From an uncultured Flavobacteriales bacterium (GTDB lineage Bacteria > Bacteroidota > Bacteroidia > Flavobacteriales_F > PHOS-HE28), in the NCBI GenBank assembly GCA_963706125.1, contig CAVPLQ010000003.1:471571-535570 (forward strand): a stretch of DNA of 64,000 nt, in the 5' to 3' direction. The notes under the pieces were generated by a model, which was given only the letters and a program-made list of their open reading frames with translations, was not told where the DNA came from and searched no databases. Below, one piece after another: positions 1-9,358 of this stretch. Position numbers and translations under genes: made by a program. Numbering within the stretch: position 1 is the first letter of the stretch; the number at the start of each line of letters is the position of its first letter.

Positions 1-1667
1 CAGCGCTTGCCTGGAGGGTAGTAGATGTTCCTCAACTTGGCCGGGCTTCCCGTCACGATCAATTGGTGCCGTTCCTCCCTCGAGATGCTCATGTTCTCCA
101 TTTGGCCTCCGCTTGCCTGCCAAGCCTCCCAGAGCGGCTGGTCCAGGGTAATGCGCACTTCGGCCTCCGCAGTCACCGGATTGCCCTTGTAATGGTCCGG
201 GTTCTTGAAGACCAAGTTGAAACGGCCACCTTGCCCCCAAGCATCGCCCGTTAGTACCGAAGCACCGACTAGCTTGTCATCGGCCCAGCCACCACCGCCA
301 CCGGCCATGCCCGCGATGTCGATCACCGAGACGTTCTTCCAGATGATGTTGTTGTTCCGGTTCACGTTGCCATTGAGGTCGGCGGTTTCCGGAAAGGTCA
401 TCCCGAACGGGGCTGATGTTTCCGTCTCGATGCGGGCCAAGAGGCAGAAGTGCCAAGGTTCATTGGCCCAGAAGATAGGGTCGCTCCCTACGGCGGCATA
501 AATGAGAGGGTCCGGTGCGTTCCACTCGAAGACCTCGATATAGGAGCCGCCAGCGGGGATGGATGGTAGTAGATGGCCCGACTGGATCTCTTCACCCATA
601 AGCGCCGGGTCTGTGATGCTGCCGTTCCAGAAGCTGGGCCATGAGAGGGCCGTAGCTGCCTTTGCCCAATACAGTCGCAGTGGAACACCCGGCGCTGAGG
701 CCTCGTAACCCCGGTTGCGCACCCGGACATAGACAAAGTTCGTCCCTCCTGTTGTGTGGTGGTCGGGGTTCTGGTGCTCCTGGTCCGCACCCCCGTCGTT
801 CTCTTGATTATGTATCCATATATCCTCGCTCAACCACATGGGGTCGGTATCGATGTTGGGTTCCTCGCCCCGGTCGCGCTCGCTCTCGACAACTTTTGGT
901 GTGTCCTTCATATAGAGGTCAACTGGGGGTAGTGCCACGGTGGGGCAATTGGCTTCCCATTCCTTCCAAATGTCGTCCACATAAGCATGCCAGATCCAGA
1001 AGATAGGGGCGGCAGGTGAGCGGAAATAGCCCATAACACCACCCGTTGCGCGCATGAGAATATGAGTGTCATCGTGATAGGGGCTTTCAATCTTCCGGCT
1101 TAATCCGGTTGAGCAGCAATTACCATTCATGTTTGTACCTGGATCAGGAAAGGTCGGTAACATAGGGTGGTCACAGAGGGTTGGCAGTTGAAGGTATGCA
1201 GGTCGTGCATTGTGGGGGTCCCAATTCATTGCTACACTACAAGCAGCAGGAGGGCCGCCATTAGTGCACGGGAACCCCGTACAGTCGGGGTCAACCCCAT
1301 CATGGTTAACCCCTCCGAATTCAAATTCCGCAGGGGCATGTGTATTCGGGTCCCATTTTGGTAAGGGAACGAATTCCGGATGACCTTGTGCGATCAGGAA
1401 ATCCTCCATGCCTTCCAAATAAGTCCGATGGAAGGGCAGGAAATCCCAGTCACTGTGGATCATTCCACCTGTGGTCATGATCATGTTGCAGTGTTCTTGC
1501 AACACATCCGCATCAATGTATTGGACCATCAGGTCGTACAGTTGCTCACGTTGGCCTCCTGGCCCACCGATAAAAGAGGATATGTCCGGCCTCACTTGCG
1601 CTTGGGTCGGCGGTGCGGCGAGCCACAAGACCATGGTCGTCGCGATCAGAAGTGTAGCTGTTTTCAT
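1..1667 (-). CDS. Secreted tyrosinase (polyphenol oxidase), 5' portion only; C-terminal end runs off the window start
   Basis: Minus-strand reading frame from ATG (reverse complement of 1665-1667) stays open to position 1 (about 555 aa). N-terminal signal peptide MKTATLLIATTMVLWLAAPPTQA. HSDWDFLPFHRTYLEGME matches the tyrosinase CuA signature H-x4-F-L-x-F-H-R-x2-L-x3-E, and PIFWIWHAYVDD matches the CuB signature. Not in the ORF track because the stop codon lies outside the window. Confidence 0.85.
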   Translation of the reverse strand, partial: MKTATLLIATTMVLWLAAPPTQAQVRPDISSFIGGPGGQREQLYDLMVQYIDADVLQEHCNMIMTTGGMIHSDWDFLPFHRTYLEGMEDFLIAQGHPEFVPLPKWDPNTHAPAEFEFGGVNHDGVDPDCTGFPCTNGGPPAACSVAMNWDPHNARPAYLQLPTLCDHPMLPTFPDPGTNMNGNCCSTGLSRKIESPYHDDTHILMRATGGVMGYFRSPAAPIFWIWHAYVDDIWKEWEANCPTVALPPVDLYMKDTPKVVESERDRGEEPNIDTDPMWLSEDIWIHNQENDGGADQEHQNPDHHTTGGTNFVYVRVRNRGYEASAPGVPLRLYWAKAATALSWPSFWNGSITDPALMGEEIQSGHLLPSIPAGGSYIEVFEWNAPDPLIYAAVGSDPIFWANEPWHFCLLARIETETSAPFGMTFPETADLNGNVNRNNNIIWKNVSVIDIAGMAGGGGGWADDKLVGASVLTGDAWGQGGRFNLVFKNPDHYKGNPVTAEAEVRITLDQPLWEAWQASGGQMENMSISREERHQLIVTGSPAKLRNIYYPPGKR

Positions 1668-1915
1668 TGGTGGTTGGGTTTTAGGAAAGCAAATACCCCC
1701 TAATAGTTATTCGTCTTACAAGCAACTATCTTAACTATAAATTATGAACAATGCGATGGTGTGCATCTTTTTGCATGGTTGCGCACGGTAGAAAGAACGA
1801 GTCGCAGGAAGCCCCAGCGGGCTTCATTTTCCACGGTTCAGTGCAGCAAGATCCCGCACATAGTGACATCCATCACGTTACATCGGAACTCCCGCTGTAC
1901 TTTTACAGCACCTTG

Positions 1916-2269
1916 ATGCGCACCATCCTCTTCACCATCGTCCTCTCACTCTACGGCTTCAGCGCTTTGGAGATGCACGAATGGGTGCGCGTGCCGCAAG
2001 CCGTGGCACACCTGCTGGAGCACCACAGTAGTTGGGGCCACCACGACAAGCAAGTGAACGGGCACGATGAGCATGAAGGCGACCACAATCCCTTTGACGA
2101 TGGTTGCGATGAGTTGCTTTGCGCTTGCGCCACACCCGCATTTTTTCCGGAACATGCTGGTATGTCCGTGCTGTTGAGCACTTCTATTTCCACGATGAGC
2201 GGCCCTGAGCAGCTCGCGAAATTGGCCACGTACAGTGGCAATGTGTGGAATCCGCCCAAGCGCGTCTGA
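1916..2269 (+). CDS. Small His-rich putative membrane/metal-binding protein; first gene of the czc-like operon (hypothetical)
   Basis: In-frame ATG at 1916 within ORF 1751-2269. Hydrophobic N-terminus MRTILFTIVLSLYGF followed by an HLLEHHSSWGHHDKQVNGHDEHEGDH His/Asp-rich tract and a CDELLCAC motif. Same strand as the RND pump, 140 bp upstream of it. Confidence 0.35.
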   Translation: MRTILFTIVLSLYGFSALEMHEWVRVPQAVAHLLEHHSSWGHHDKQVNGHDEHEGDHNPFDDGCDELLCACATPAFFPEHAGMSVLLSTSISTMSGPEQLAKLATYSGNVWNPPKRV

Positions 2270-2409
2270 GGCGGTGATGCGCCTTTGCACGGTAACCGTG
2301 TAAGATCCTTTGCAAATGCATCCGGTGGAGCCAATGGCTCGACACTACGGTTGCGATCCCCGGATCCGTAGCTGCTTTTCACTTCCGTTAGTTCTTGAAT
2401 GCCATTTCC

Positions 2410-5400
2410 ATGATCGATCGCATCATATCGTTTTCCGTGCGCAACAAGCTTGTTGTGGGCCTACTGCTCCTTGCCCTCATCGGCTGGGGTGCTTGGTCCG
2501 TTACGCAACTGCCCATCGATGCGCTGCCGGACGTCACCAACAACCAGGTGCTGGTGAACACCATTGCGCCCAACCTCGCTACGCAGGAGGTGGAGCAATT
2601 CATCACCTTCCCGCTGGAGCAGGCCTTCAAAAATCTGCCCGATGTAGTGGAACTGCGCAGCGTTTCGCGCAGTGGCCTTTCCGTCATCACCGTAGTGTTC
2701 AAGGATGGAGTGCCGCTCTACCTCACACGGCAATTGGTGGCGGAGCGCATCACCCAGGTGCAAGGGCAGATCCCGCCCGGCTATGGCACGCCGGAGATCG
2801 CGCCACCCACCACCGGAACCGGTGAGATCTACCAGTACACCCTCGCCGTGGACAGTGCCCACAAAGGGCAATACGACCTGCTGGAACTGCGCACCTTGCA
2901 GGACTGGGTGGTGCGAAAACACCTATTGGGCGTGCCCGGCGTGATCGACGTGAGCAGCTTCGGCGGCCTGTTGAAACAGTACGAGGTGAGCGTGGACGCG
3001 CGCCGGTTGGCAGGCGCGAGCCTATCGCTGATGGACGTCTTCACCGCGTTGGAGAACAACAACGCGAATACCGGAGGCAGCTACATCGAGAAAGGCCCGA
3101 ACATCTATTTCATCCGGGGAGAAGGTGTGATCAGCTCGCTGAAGGACATGGAGAACGTGGTGATCAGCTCACGCGGGGGAAGCCCGGTGCGTGTGCGCGA
3201 TGTGGCGGAAGTGCGCTTCGGGCACGCGGTGCGGTACGGGGCCATGACGCGAAACGGCGAAGGCGAGGCCGTGGGCGGTGTGGTGTTGATGTTGAAGGGC
3301 GCCAACGCCATGGCCACCGTTACCGCTGTGAAAGAACAGATCGAGAAAGTGCAGCACAGCCTGCCCGAGGGCGTCCACATCGACACTTTCGTGGACCGCT
3401 CCAAGCTGGTGGAGAAGACCATCGGCACGGTGGAGCACAACCTCTTGATGGGCGCACTGATCGTGATCGCCGTGCTGGTGCTGCTGCTCGGCAATTGGCG
3501 CGCGGGCCTCATCGTGGCCAGCGTGATCCCCTTGTCCTTGCTCTTCGCCATCGGCTGTATGGTGCTCGCCGGGCAAAGTGCCAACCTGATGAGCATGGGC
3601 GCATTGGATTTCGGCCTCATCGTGGATGGCGCGGTGATCGTGGTGGAGGGGATGATGTTCGCGCTTCACCAGCGGTACGCGGGCAAGCGGCTCAGCGCTG
3701 CGGAACTGGACACGGAGACCATTCGCGGGGCCGGCGGCATCATGAAGAGCGCCGTGTTCGGGCAGGTGATCATCCTGATCGTATACGTGCCCATTTTCGC
3801 GCTGATCGGCATCGAGGGCAAGATGTTCCGCCCCATGGCCTTCACGGTGAGCTTCGCCATCATCGGTGCGCTGTTGCTCAGCCTTACCTACGTGCCTTGG
3901 GTGGTGTCGATCTTCCTCGGGAAGAACATCCCGAAAAAGCAAAGCTGGAGCGAACGCATGATCCACCGCCTGCAGCATTGGTACACGCCAAAACTGCGCG
4001 GACTTTTGCGGCACCGCCGACTGACCATCGCAGTTGCCGTCGGATCGATGGTGGTTGCGTTGATCGTGTTCAACCGGCTGGGCGGTGAATTCATCCCGGA
4101 ATTGGATGAGGGCGATTTTGCCACCAACGTCACGATCCGACAAGGAAGCAACCTGAGCCAAAGTATTGACGTGAGCGATCAATTGGCCCGCATCCTGCTG
4201 AAGGATTTTCCCGAAGTAAAGGAAGTGGTGGGCAAGATCGGGAGCAGTGAGATCCCAACGGACCCCATGCCGATCGAAAGCCAGGACCTGATCATCGTGA
4301 TGAAGGACCGGAAGGATTGGACCACCACCAAAGACCGACAAAAGATGGCCGAGCTGATGAACGAAAAGCTGAGCGTGATACCGGGAATGAACTTGAGCTT
4401 CGAGCAACCGATCCAGATGCGCTTCAACGAACTGATCGCCGGGGTGAAAAGCGACATCGCAGTGAAGATCTACGGGGACGATCTCGATGAACTGTTCAAG
4501 ACGGCCAACGCCGCAGCAGCGCTGATCGGCACAGTGCCCGGCGCCACGGACATCAAGGTGGAACAAGTGACGGGAATGCCGCAATTGGTCGTGAAATATG
4601 ATCGTGCCCGGATCGCGCAGTACGGCCTCAACATCGCCGAATTGAACCAGGTGCTGAACACCGCGTTGGCCGGCGGAAAGGCAGGCGTGGTCTACGAAGG
4701 CGAGCGCCGCTTCGACCTCGTGGTGCGCATGGCCGACATGCGCGACGCGGACCCGGACAAGCTGAAGAACCTGCTGGTGCCCCTGCCTAACGGTTCCCAG
4801 ATGCCGTTGGGCCAGCTTGCCGAGATCGGGTTTCAAAGTGCTGCCGCGCAGATCAGTCGCGAAGATGGCGCGCGGCGCATCGTGGTGGAGACCAACGTGC
4901 GGGGCCGCGACATTCAAGGCACAGCGGCGGACATCCAAGCCCTGCTTGACCAAAAGCTGAAATTGCCCACGGGCTATTTCGTCAGCTACGGCGGCACGTT
5001 CAAGAACCTGAAGGAGGCCAGCGCCCGCCTGATGCTCACCTTGCCCTTGGCGCTGGCGCTGATCTTCTTGCTGCTCTTCTTCGCCTTCCGCTCCTTCACC
5101 GAGGCACTCATCATTTTCAGCGCGGTGCCCATGGCGGCGGTGGGCGGCGTCCTCGCATTGTGGTTACGCGGACTGGACTTCAGCATCAGCGCCGGTGTCG
5201 GCTTCATCGCGCTATTCGGCGTGGCAGTGCTCAATGGCATCGTGCTCATCAGCTACATCAACCAGCTCAAGATCGAAGGCGTTGATGATGTCACCGTTCG
5301 CGTGGTGCGCGGCACCTTGGCGCGTTTGCGTCCCGTACTGGCCACCGCCGCCGTGGCCTCGCTCGGCTTCCTGCCCATGGCGCTCAGCACCAGTCCCGGC

Positions 5401-6753
5401 AGCGAGGTGCAGCGTCCGTTGGCCACAGTGGTCATCGGCGGATTGATCACGTCCACCCTGCTCACCTTGGCCGTGTTGCCGGTGCTCTACCATCTGGTGT
5501 TCTTCCGCAGAAAAAAGAAGGACGATGAGACGGGAACCGAAAGGCACAAGGGTGGTAAGGGAGGTCGCAACATCGCGACAGCTTCCGTGATCGCCGTATT
5601 GTTCTTCGGGAATACGCTGCAGGCGCAAGTCCCTGTGCTGACGCTGGACAGCGCCGTGGCCCGGGCAATGAAGAATTATCCGGCCGTCACTGCGGCGGAG
5701 TTGGAAGTGCAGCAACAGGAGGCCCTTCGAAAAACCGCGTTCCAACTGGATCCGCTGAACGCGCAATTGCAAGGTGGCCAGATCAACAGTGGCGCGAACG
5801 ACATCAACCTACAGGCCACCACGGGCATCCCCTTTCCCACCGTCATCGCCCAACGCGCCCGCTATCTGAAAGAAAGCGTGCTGTTGGCAGAAGCAGGAAG
5901 AACCGGAACCCGTGCGTTGGTGAAGGAGAGCGCGGCCGGTGCGTATCTGCAATGGGCCATGGGCATGGAAAACCTGCGCCTGATGCAGCTCATGGACAGT
6001 TCCTACTCCACCCTTGCAGATTTTGCTGCACGCAAATTCGAAGCCGGGGAAAGCGGGCGCTTGGAAAAAGTGAGCGCACAAAGCACCGCCGACGAAGCCA
6101 GTGTGCAACTAAAGAAAGCACAGGCCGACATCGCCATTTATGCCACAGAGTTGGAGCAATGGACCGGTCCTTTGGGCGGGGCGGTGCCGGACACTTCAGC
6201 GCTCAATGCATTGTCCCGCGCACCGGACCCCGGCGGCGGCATGGACCCGCTACTGGCGCAGGAACAGCAACGGGCATCGCTCGCGGAAGAAGCATGGAAA
6301 ATGGAGCGCAGCCAATGGGCGCCAACGCTTCAAGGCGGTGGCTTCTACCAGACCATCGACGGTGCTTCACCCTTCACCGGCTACCTCATCGGCACTTCGA
6401 TCCCGTTACCCGGCAGCGGGCAGGGCGCACGCACCAAGGCCGCTCGCATTCGCAGCGAGATCGCGATGCAGCGGCTGGAGGAACTGCGCCGCAACCGCGC
6501 CACTGAACTGGCCCGCACACAGGCACGATCGGCACAACTTCGCGAAAGCTTGGCCTACTACGAAAGCTCAGGTGCCGCGCTCGCCACCACTTTGCGCAAT
6601 GATGCCCAACGCGCCTACCTCAACGGCGACGCGGGCTACCTCGAGTTCATCCAAGGCATCGACCAGGCCCGCCGCATCGATGCGGAACACCTCCGCATCC
6701 GGTATGAACTCGGCCTCACAATGATCCACCTCAACGCCCTGATGGGGCTTTAA
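2410..6753 (+). CDS. czcA: CzcA/CusA-family heavy-metal efflux RND permease with a C-terminal TolC/CzcC-like outer-membrane factor domain fused in the same ORF
   Basis: 1452-aa ORF. The N-terminal ~1040 aa has the RND permease architecture (MIDRIISFSVRNKLVVGLLLLALIG, 12 TM segments, large periplasmic loops). The last ~400 aa (LTLDSAVARAMKNYPAVTAAELEVQQQ...) has the coiled-coil/beta-barrel repeat pattern of outer-membrane efflux proteins. First in-frame ATG is at 2410. Confidence 0.9.
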   Translation: MIDRIISFSVRNKLVVGLLLLALIGWGAWSVTQLPIDALPDVTNNQVLVNTIAPNLATQEVEQFITFPLEQAFKNLPDVVELRSVSRSGLSVITVVFKDGVPLYLTRQLVAERITQVQGQIPPGYGTPEIAPPTTGTGEIYQYTLAVDSAHKGQYDLLELRTLQDWVVRKHLLGVPGVIDVSSFGGLLKQYEVSVDARRLAGASLSLMDVFTALENNNANTGGSYIEKGPNIYFIRGEGVISSLKDMENVVISSRGGSPVRVRDVAEVRFGHAVRYGAMTRNGEGEAVGGVVLMLKGANAMATVTAVKEQIEKVQHSLPEGVHIDTFVDRSKLVEKTIGTVEHNLLMGALIVIAVLVLLLGNWRAGLIVASVIPLSLLFAIGCMVLAGQSANLMSMGALDFGLIVDGAVIVVEGMMFALHQRYAGKRLSAAELDTETIRGAGGIMKSAVFGQVIILIVYVPIFALIGIEGKMFRPMAFTVSFAIIGALLLSLTYVPWVVSIFLGKNIPKKQSWSERMIHRLQHWYTPKLRGLLRHRRLTIAVAVGSMVVALIVFNRLGGEFIPELDEGDFATNVTIRQGSNLSQSIDVSDQLARILLKDFPEVKEVVGKIGSSEIPTDPMPIESQDLIIVMKDRKDWTTTKDRQKMAELMNEKLSVIPGMNLSFEQPIQMRFNELIAGVKSDIAVKIYGDDLDELFKTANAAAALIGTVPGATDIKVEQVTGMPQLVVKYDRARIAQYGLNIAELNQVLNTALAGGKAGVVYEGERRFDLVVRMADMRDADPDKLKNLLVPLPNGSQMPLGQLAEIGFQSAAAQISREDGARRIVVETNVRGRDIQGTAADIQALLDQKLKLPTGYFVSYGGTFKNLKEASARLMLTLPLALALIFLLLFFAFRSFTEALIIFSAVPMAAVGGVLALWLRGLDFSISAGVGFIALFGVAVLNGIVLISYINQLKIEGVDDVTVRVVRGTLARLRPVLATAAVASLGFLPMALSTSPGSEVQRPLATVVIGGLITSTLLTLAVLPVLYHLVFFRRKKKDDETGTERHKGGKGGRNIATASVIAVLFFGNTLQAQVPVLTLDSAVARAMKNYPAVTAAELEVQQQEALRKTAFQLDPLNAQLQGGQINSGANDINLQATTGIPFPTVIAQRARYLKESVLLAEAGRTGTRALVKESAAGAYLQWAMGMENLRLMQLMDSSYSTLADFAARKFEAGESGRLEKVSAQSTADEASVQLKKAQADIAIYATELEQWTGPLGGAVPDTSALNALSRAPDPGGGMDPLLAQEQQRASLAEEAWKMERSQWAPTLQGGGFYQTIDGASPFTGYLIGTSIPLPGSGQGARTKAARIRSEIAMQRLEELRRNRATELARTQARSAQLRESLAYYESSGAALATTLRNDAQRAYLNGDAGYLEFIQGIDQARRIDAEHLRIRYELGLTMIHLNALMGL

Positions 6754-6786
6754 TGCACTTGCAGATGAAGAACGAGAATGCCGTTC

Positions 6787-6819
6787 AGATGATCAGACGA
6801 TCAGATGATCAGATGATCG
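6787..6819. repeat. Octanucleotide simple-sequence repeat (CAGATGAT)x4 in the czcA-czcB spacer
   Basis: cagatgatcagacgatcagatgatcagatgat read directly; one C variant; five GATC sites. Confidence 0.7.
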
Positions 6820-6899
6820 AAGGCCGTGGCTGCGACCTCTCGCTCCATCAGTGTCTCGCGAAACGGAAGCTTCATCAGGATCTCTCGAAGAGGACCCTG

Positions 6900-8072
6900 A
6901 TGCCCCTATTAGCGATGACGCTATTCACCTTGCTCTCCTGTGGCGGTGGAAACGCTCCTGCCACCGATGACCACGCACATGAAGCTGGAACAACGCAAGC
7001 CGCCGGAGTTTCGCTCACTGCCGATCAGATCAAGGCCATCGGGCTGGTCACCGGCACGATGGAGAAGCGTGGGCTGAGCACCTCCTTGAAAGCCAATGGG
7101 CGACTGGTGCTTCCCCCGGACAAGAGTGCACAGGTGAGCGTGCTGGCTGGTGGCTTAGTACGCGGGATCCCTGTGCGTGAAGGACAGGTCGTCGGCAACG
7201 GGCAAGTGCTGGCTACCGTGGAGAACATGGAGTTCCTGCAACTACAGCAAGACTACTTGGAGACCAGCGCCGAACTGCGCGCGCTGAACGCGGACCTTAA
7301 GCGGCAACAGGACTTGCACGACGAGCGCATCACGGCCACCAAGACCTTGGAGCGCGCACAGGCCGATGCCGATGTGGCTCGCGCCAAACAAGCCGGAATG
7401 GCCGCGAAATTGCGCGTGTTCGGCACTGACCCTGCACGCCTATCGGCGCAGAACATCAGCTCCACGTACTCCGTTCGTTCACCGATCGCAGGAACATTGC
7501 AGCACATCGCCATCACCTTGGGGCAGTTCGCGGAGCCGAACATCCCGCTCTTCACCGTGGTGGACAACAGCGGCCTGCACATCGACCTCAATCTTTTCGA
7601 GCAGGACGTGGCGCGGGTACACACCGGTCAGAAGGTGGTCTTCGGCCACGCAGGCGAGCCGGTGGGCCAGCACACCGCCACGATCTACGCGGTGAACAAG
7701 GCCTTCGAACGCGATCAGCAGGCCGTACTGGCCCACGCCAAGCTGGACGACAACGGCGAGGAACTGATGCCCGGCATGTACATCGAAGCGTTGATCATGA
7801 CCGACAGCACCTCGGCCTGGAGCCTGCCCAACGAGGCTGTGGTGAGCAATGGCGACGAGCACTACATCTTCGTGGAGGTTGAGCCGAACCCCGGCTCGGA
7901 GGCCGGGGCAGGCACCTTCAAACAGGTGGCAGTACGCACGGGCGCCAGCGAGTTGGGCTATACCGAGGTGGTGCCATTGGAAGCCGTGGACCCGAATGCA
8001 AAAGTTGTGGTAAAAGGCACGTACTACTTGCTGAGCGAGCTAACGAAAGGGACCGGGGAGCACGACCATTAA
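6900..8072 (+). CDS. czcB: Efflux RND transporter periplasmic adaptor subunit (CzcB/CusB-like), lipoprotein
   Basis: Signal/lipobox MPLLAMTLFTLLSCGG at the in-frame ATG 6900. HlyD-like barrel-sandwich and beta-barrel motifs. Sits immediately downstream of the RND pump gene. Confidence 0.85.
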   Translation: MPLLAMTLFTLLSCGGGNAPATDDHAHEAGTTQAAGVSLTADQIKAIGLVTGTMEKRGLSTSLKANGRLVLPPDKSAQVSVLAGGLVRGIPVREGQVVGNGQVLATVENMEFLQLQQDYLETSAELRALNADLKRQQDLHDERITATKTLERAQADADVARAKQAGMAAKLRVFGTDPARLSAQNISSTYSVRSPIAGTLQHIAITLGQFAEPNIPLFTVVDNSGLHIDLNLFEQDVARVHTGQKVVFGHAGEPVGQHTATIYAVNKAFERDQQAVLAHAKLDDNGEELMPGMYIEALIMTDSTSAWSLPNEAVVSNGDEHYIFVEVEPNPGSEAGAGTFKQVAVRTGASELGYTEVVPLEAVDPNAKVVVKGTYYLLSELTKGTGEHDH

Positions 8073-8294
8073 AGCGGGACAGTCTTGCGCGGTCTTGGGC
8101 GCTGAATTCCGAAACAACCGGTTAGTCATGTTTTACTTCTCTCAATGTCCGCTTCTCGAGACACTGAGAGAAAGTTGAGCCTTGGACAAACCTCGAAGCG
8201 CAATTCCGATCTCCAGTCACCACCCACTAATCCCCCCTAAACATCGTTTGGCTCAACCCCAACCCCTACATTCAGCCCCCGAAAAAACACCCAC

Positions 8295-9221
8295 ATGGCA
8301 GATCAGCAGGACCTCGACGCGCACTACACCACCATGGACAAGATCTTTCGGCTCAGTCTGGGAGAGAAAGGCGGCTACAGCGGTGCGCGCTTCGATGGCG
8401 ACTTCAGCATGACGCTGGAGCAGGCCCAGGAGAAGAAGCACAAGTTCATCTGGGACCACCTCAACATCAAGAAGGGCGACAAGGTGCTGGACATTGGCTG
8501 CGGCTGGGGCGCTTTCGTGAACTACCTCGGCGAGCACGGTGCCGATGCATACGGTGTGGTGCTGGCTCAAGGCCAGGCCGATGCCTGCAAGAAGAACGGC
8601 ATGAACGTCCATCAGATGAACTCCAAGGACATCACGCCGGAGACCTTCGGGAAGTTCGACGCGGTGGCGGCGATGGGCAGCCCGGAACACCTCTGCTCCA
8701 TCGAGGAGTACAAGGCCGGAAAACAAGCGGAGATCTACAGGACCTATTTCAAGCAGATGGCGGATCTGCTCCCGGTGGGCGGTCGCTTTTATTGCCAAAC
8801 CATGGTCTTCGGGCCCAACATGGTGAAGTTCGAGGACATCAAATTCGGTGAGACCAACGTGTACAAGAAGAAGCACGAATACAACAATGAAGAGCTGATG
8901 GACCTGGTCTGCGACGTGTTTCCTGGCTCATGGCTGCCTTACGGAAGCGAAGGCATGATCGAACCGGCGAAGGAACACTTCAAGCTCGTTTCCATCGACA
9001 GCGGCCGCCTGGACTACATCGAGACCATCGTCCGCTGGACCAAGGCCTTCAACAAATTCCAACTGGAGAAGTACATGCTGTACGGCACCCTGCTGCCGAA
9101 GCTCTTCAACAGCGACTTCCGCAAGTGGGTGCGCCGCTACCGCATCCAGCCCAACTTGCAAGTGTTCGAGAAGGAAGTGTTCGAGCACTACCGCATGGTG
9201 TTCGAGAAGGTGAAGGATTAA
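8295..9221 (+). CDS. Class I SAM-dependent methyltransferase, cyclopropane-fatty-acyl-phospholipid synthase (CMAS) family
   Basis: VLDIGCGWGAFVNY SAM-binding motif I. 308 aa with an overall CFA-synthase-like layout. Confidence 0.8.
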   Translation: MADQQDLDAHYTTMDKIFRLSLGEKGGYSGARFDGDFSMTLEQAQEKKHKFIWDHLNIKKGDKVLDIGCGWGAFVNYLGEHGADAYGVVLAQGQADACKKNGMNVHQMNSKDITPETFGKFDAVAAMGSPEHLCSIEEYKAGKQAEIYRTYFKQMADLLPVGGRFYCQTMVFGPNMVKFEDIKFGETNVYKKKHEYNNEELMDLVCDVFPGSWLPYGSEGMIEPAKEHFKLVSIDSGRLDYIETIVRWTKAFNKFQLEKYMLYGTLLPKLFNSDFRKWVRRYRIQPNLQVFEKEVFEHYRMVFEKVKD

Positions 9222-9358
9222 GCAAATTGCTGCCAACACAAAAAAACCGACCTGCGATGTCCGACGATGGCGATGACGATCTCGATTACGGCGCCACGGA
9301 TGACGGACCGGACGTGAGCGAGAGCGCGATCTATTAAAAAGCCTTAGAGATCCAGGCC

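Noticed and set aside
63-1703. Plus-strand ORFs over the first 1.7 kb (63-254, 205-501, 662-1006, 1167-1364, 1380-1703, 1471-1734).
   Set aside because: The minus strand here encodes a continuous tyrosinase with clear signature motifs. The plus-strand ORFs are short, overlapping and motif-free.
3169-4953. Long antisense ORFs listed in the track opposite czcA, the adhesin, ffh and argS. Coordinates: 3169-4953 (594 aa, minus), 23284-25092 (602 aa, minus), 21503-22903 (466 aa, plus), 28880-30895 (671 aa, plus).
   Set aside because: They lie opposite strongly supported genes in a 60% GC genome where stop-poor antisense frames are expected. Their translations are Arg/His/Gly-rich and low-complexity, with no motifs. 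Treated as artefacts.
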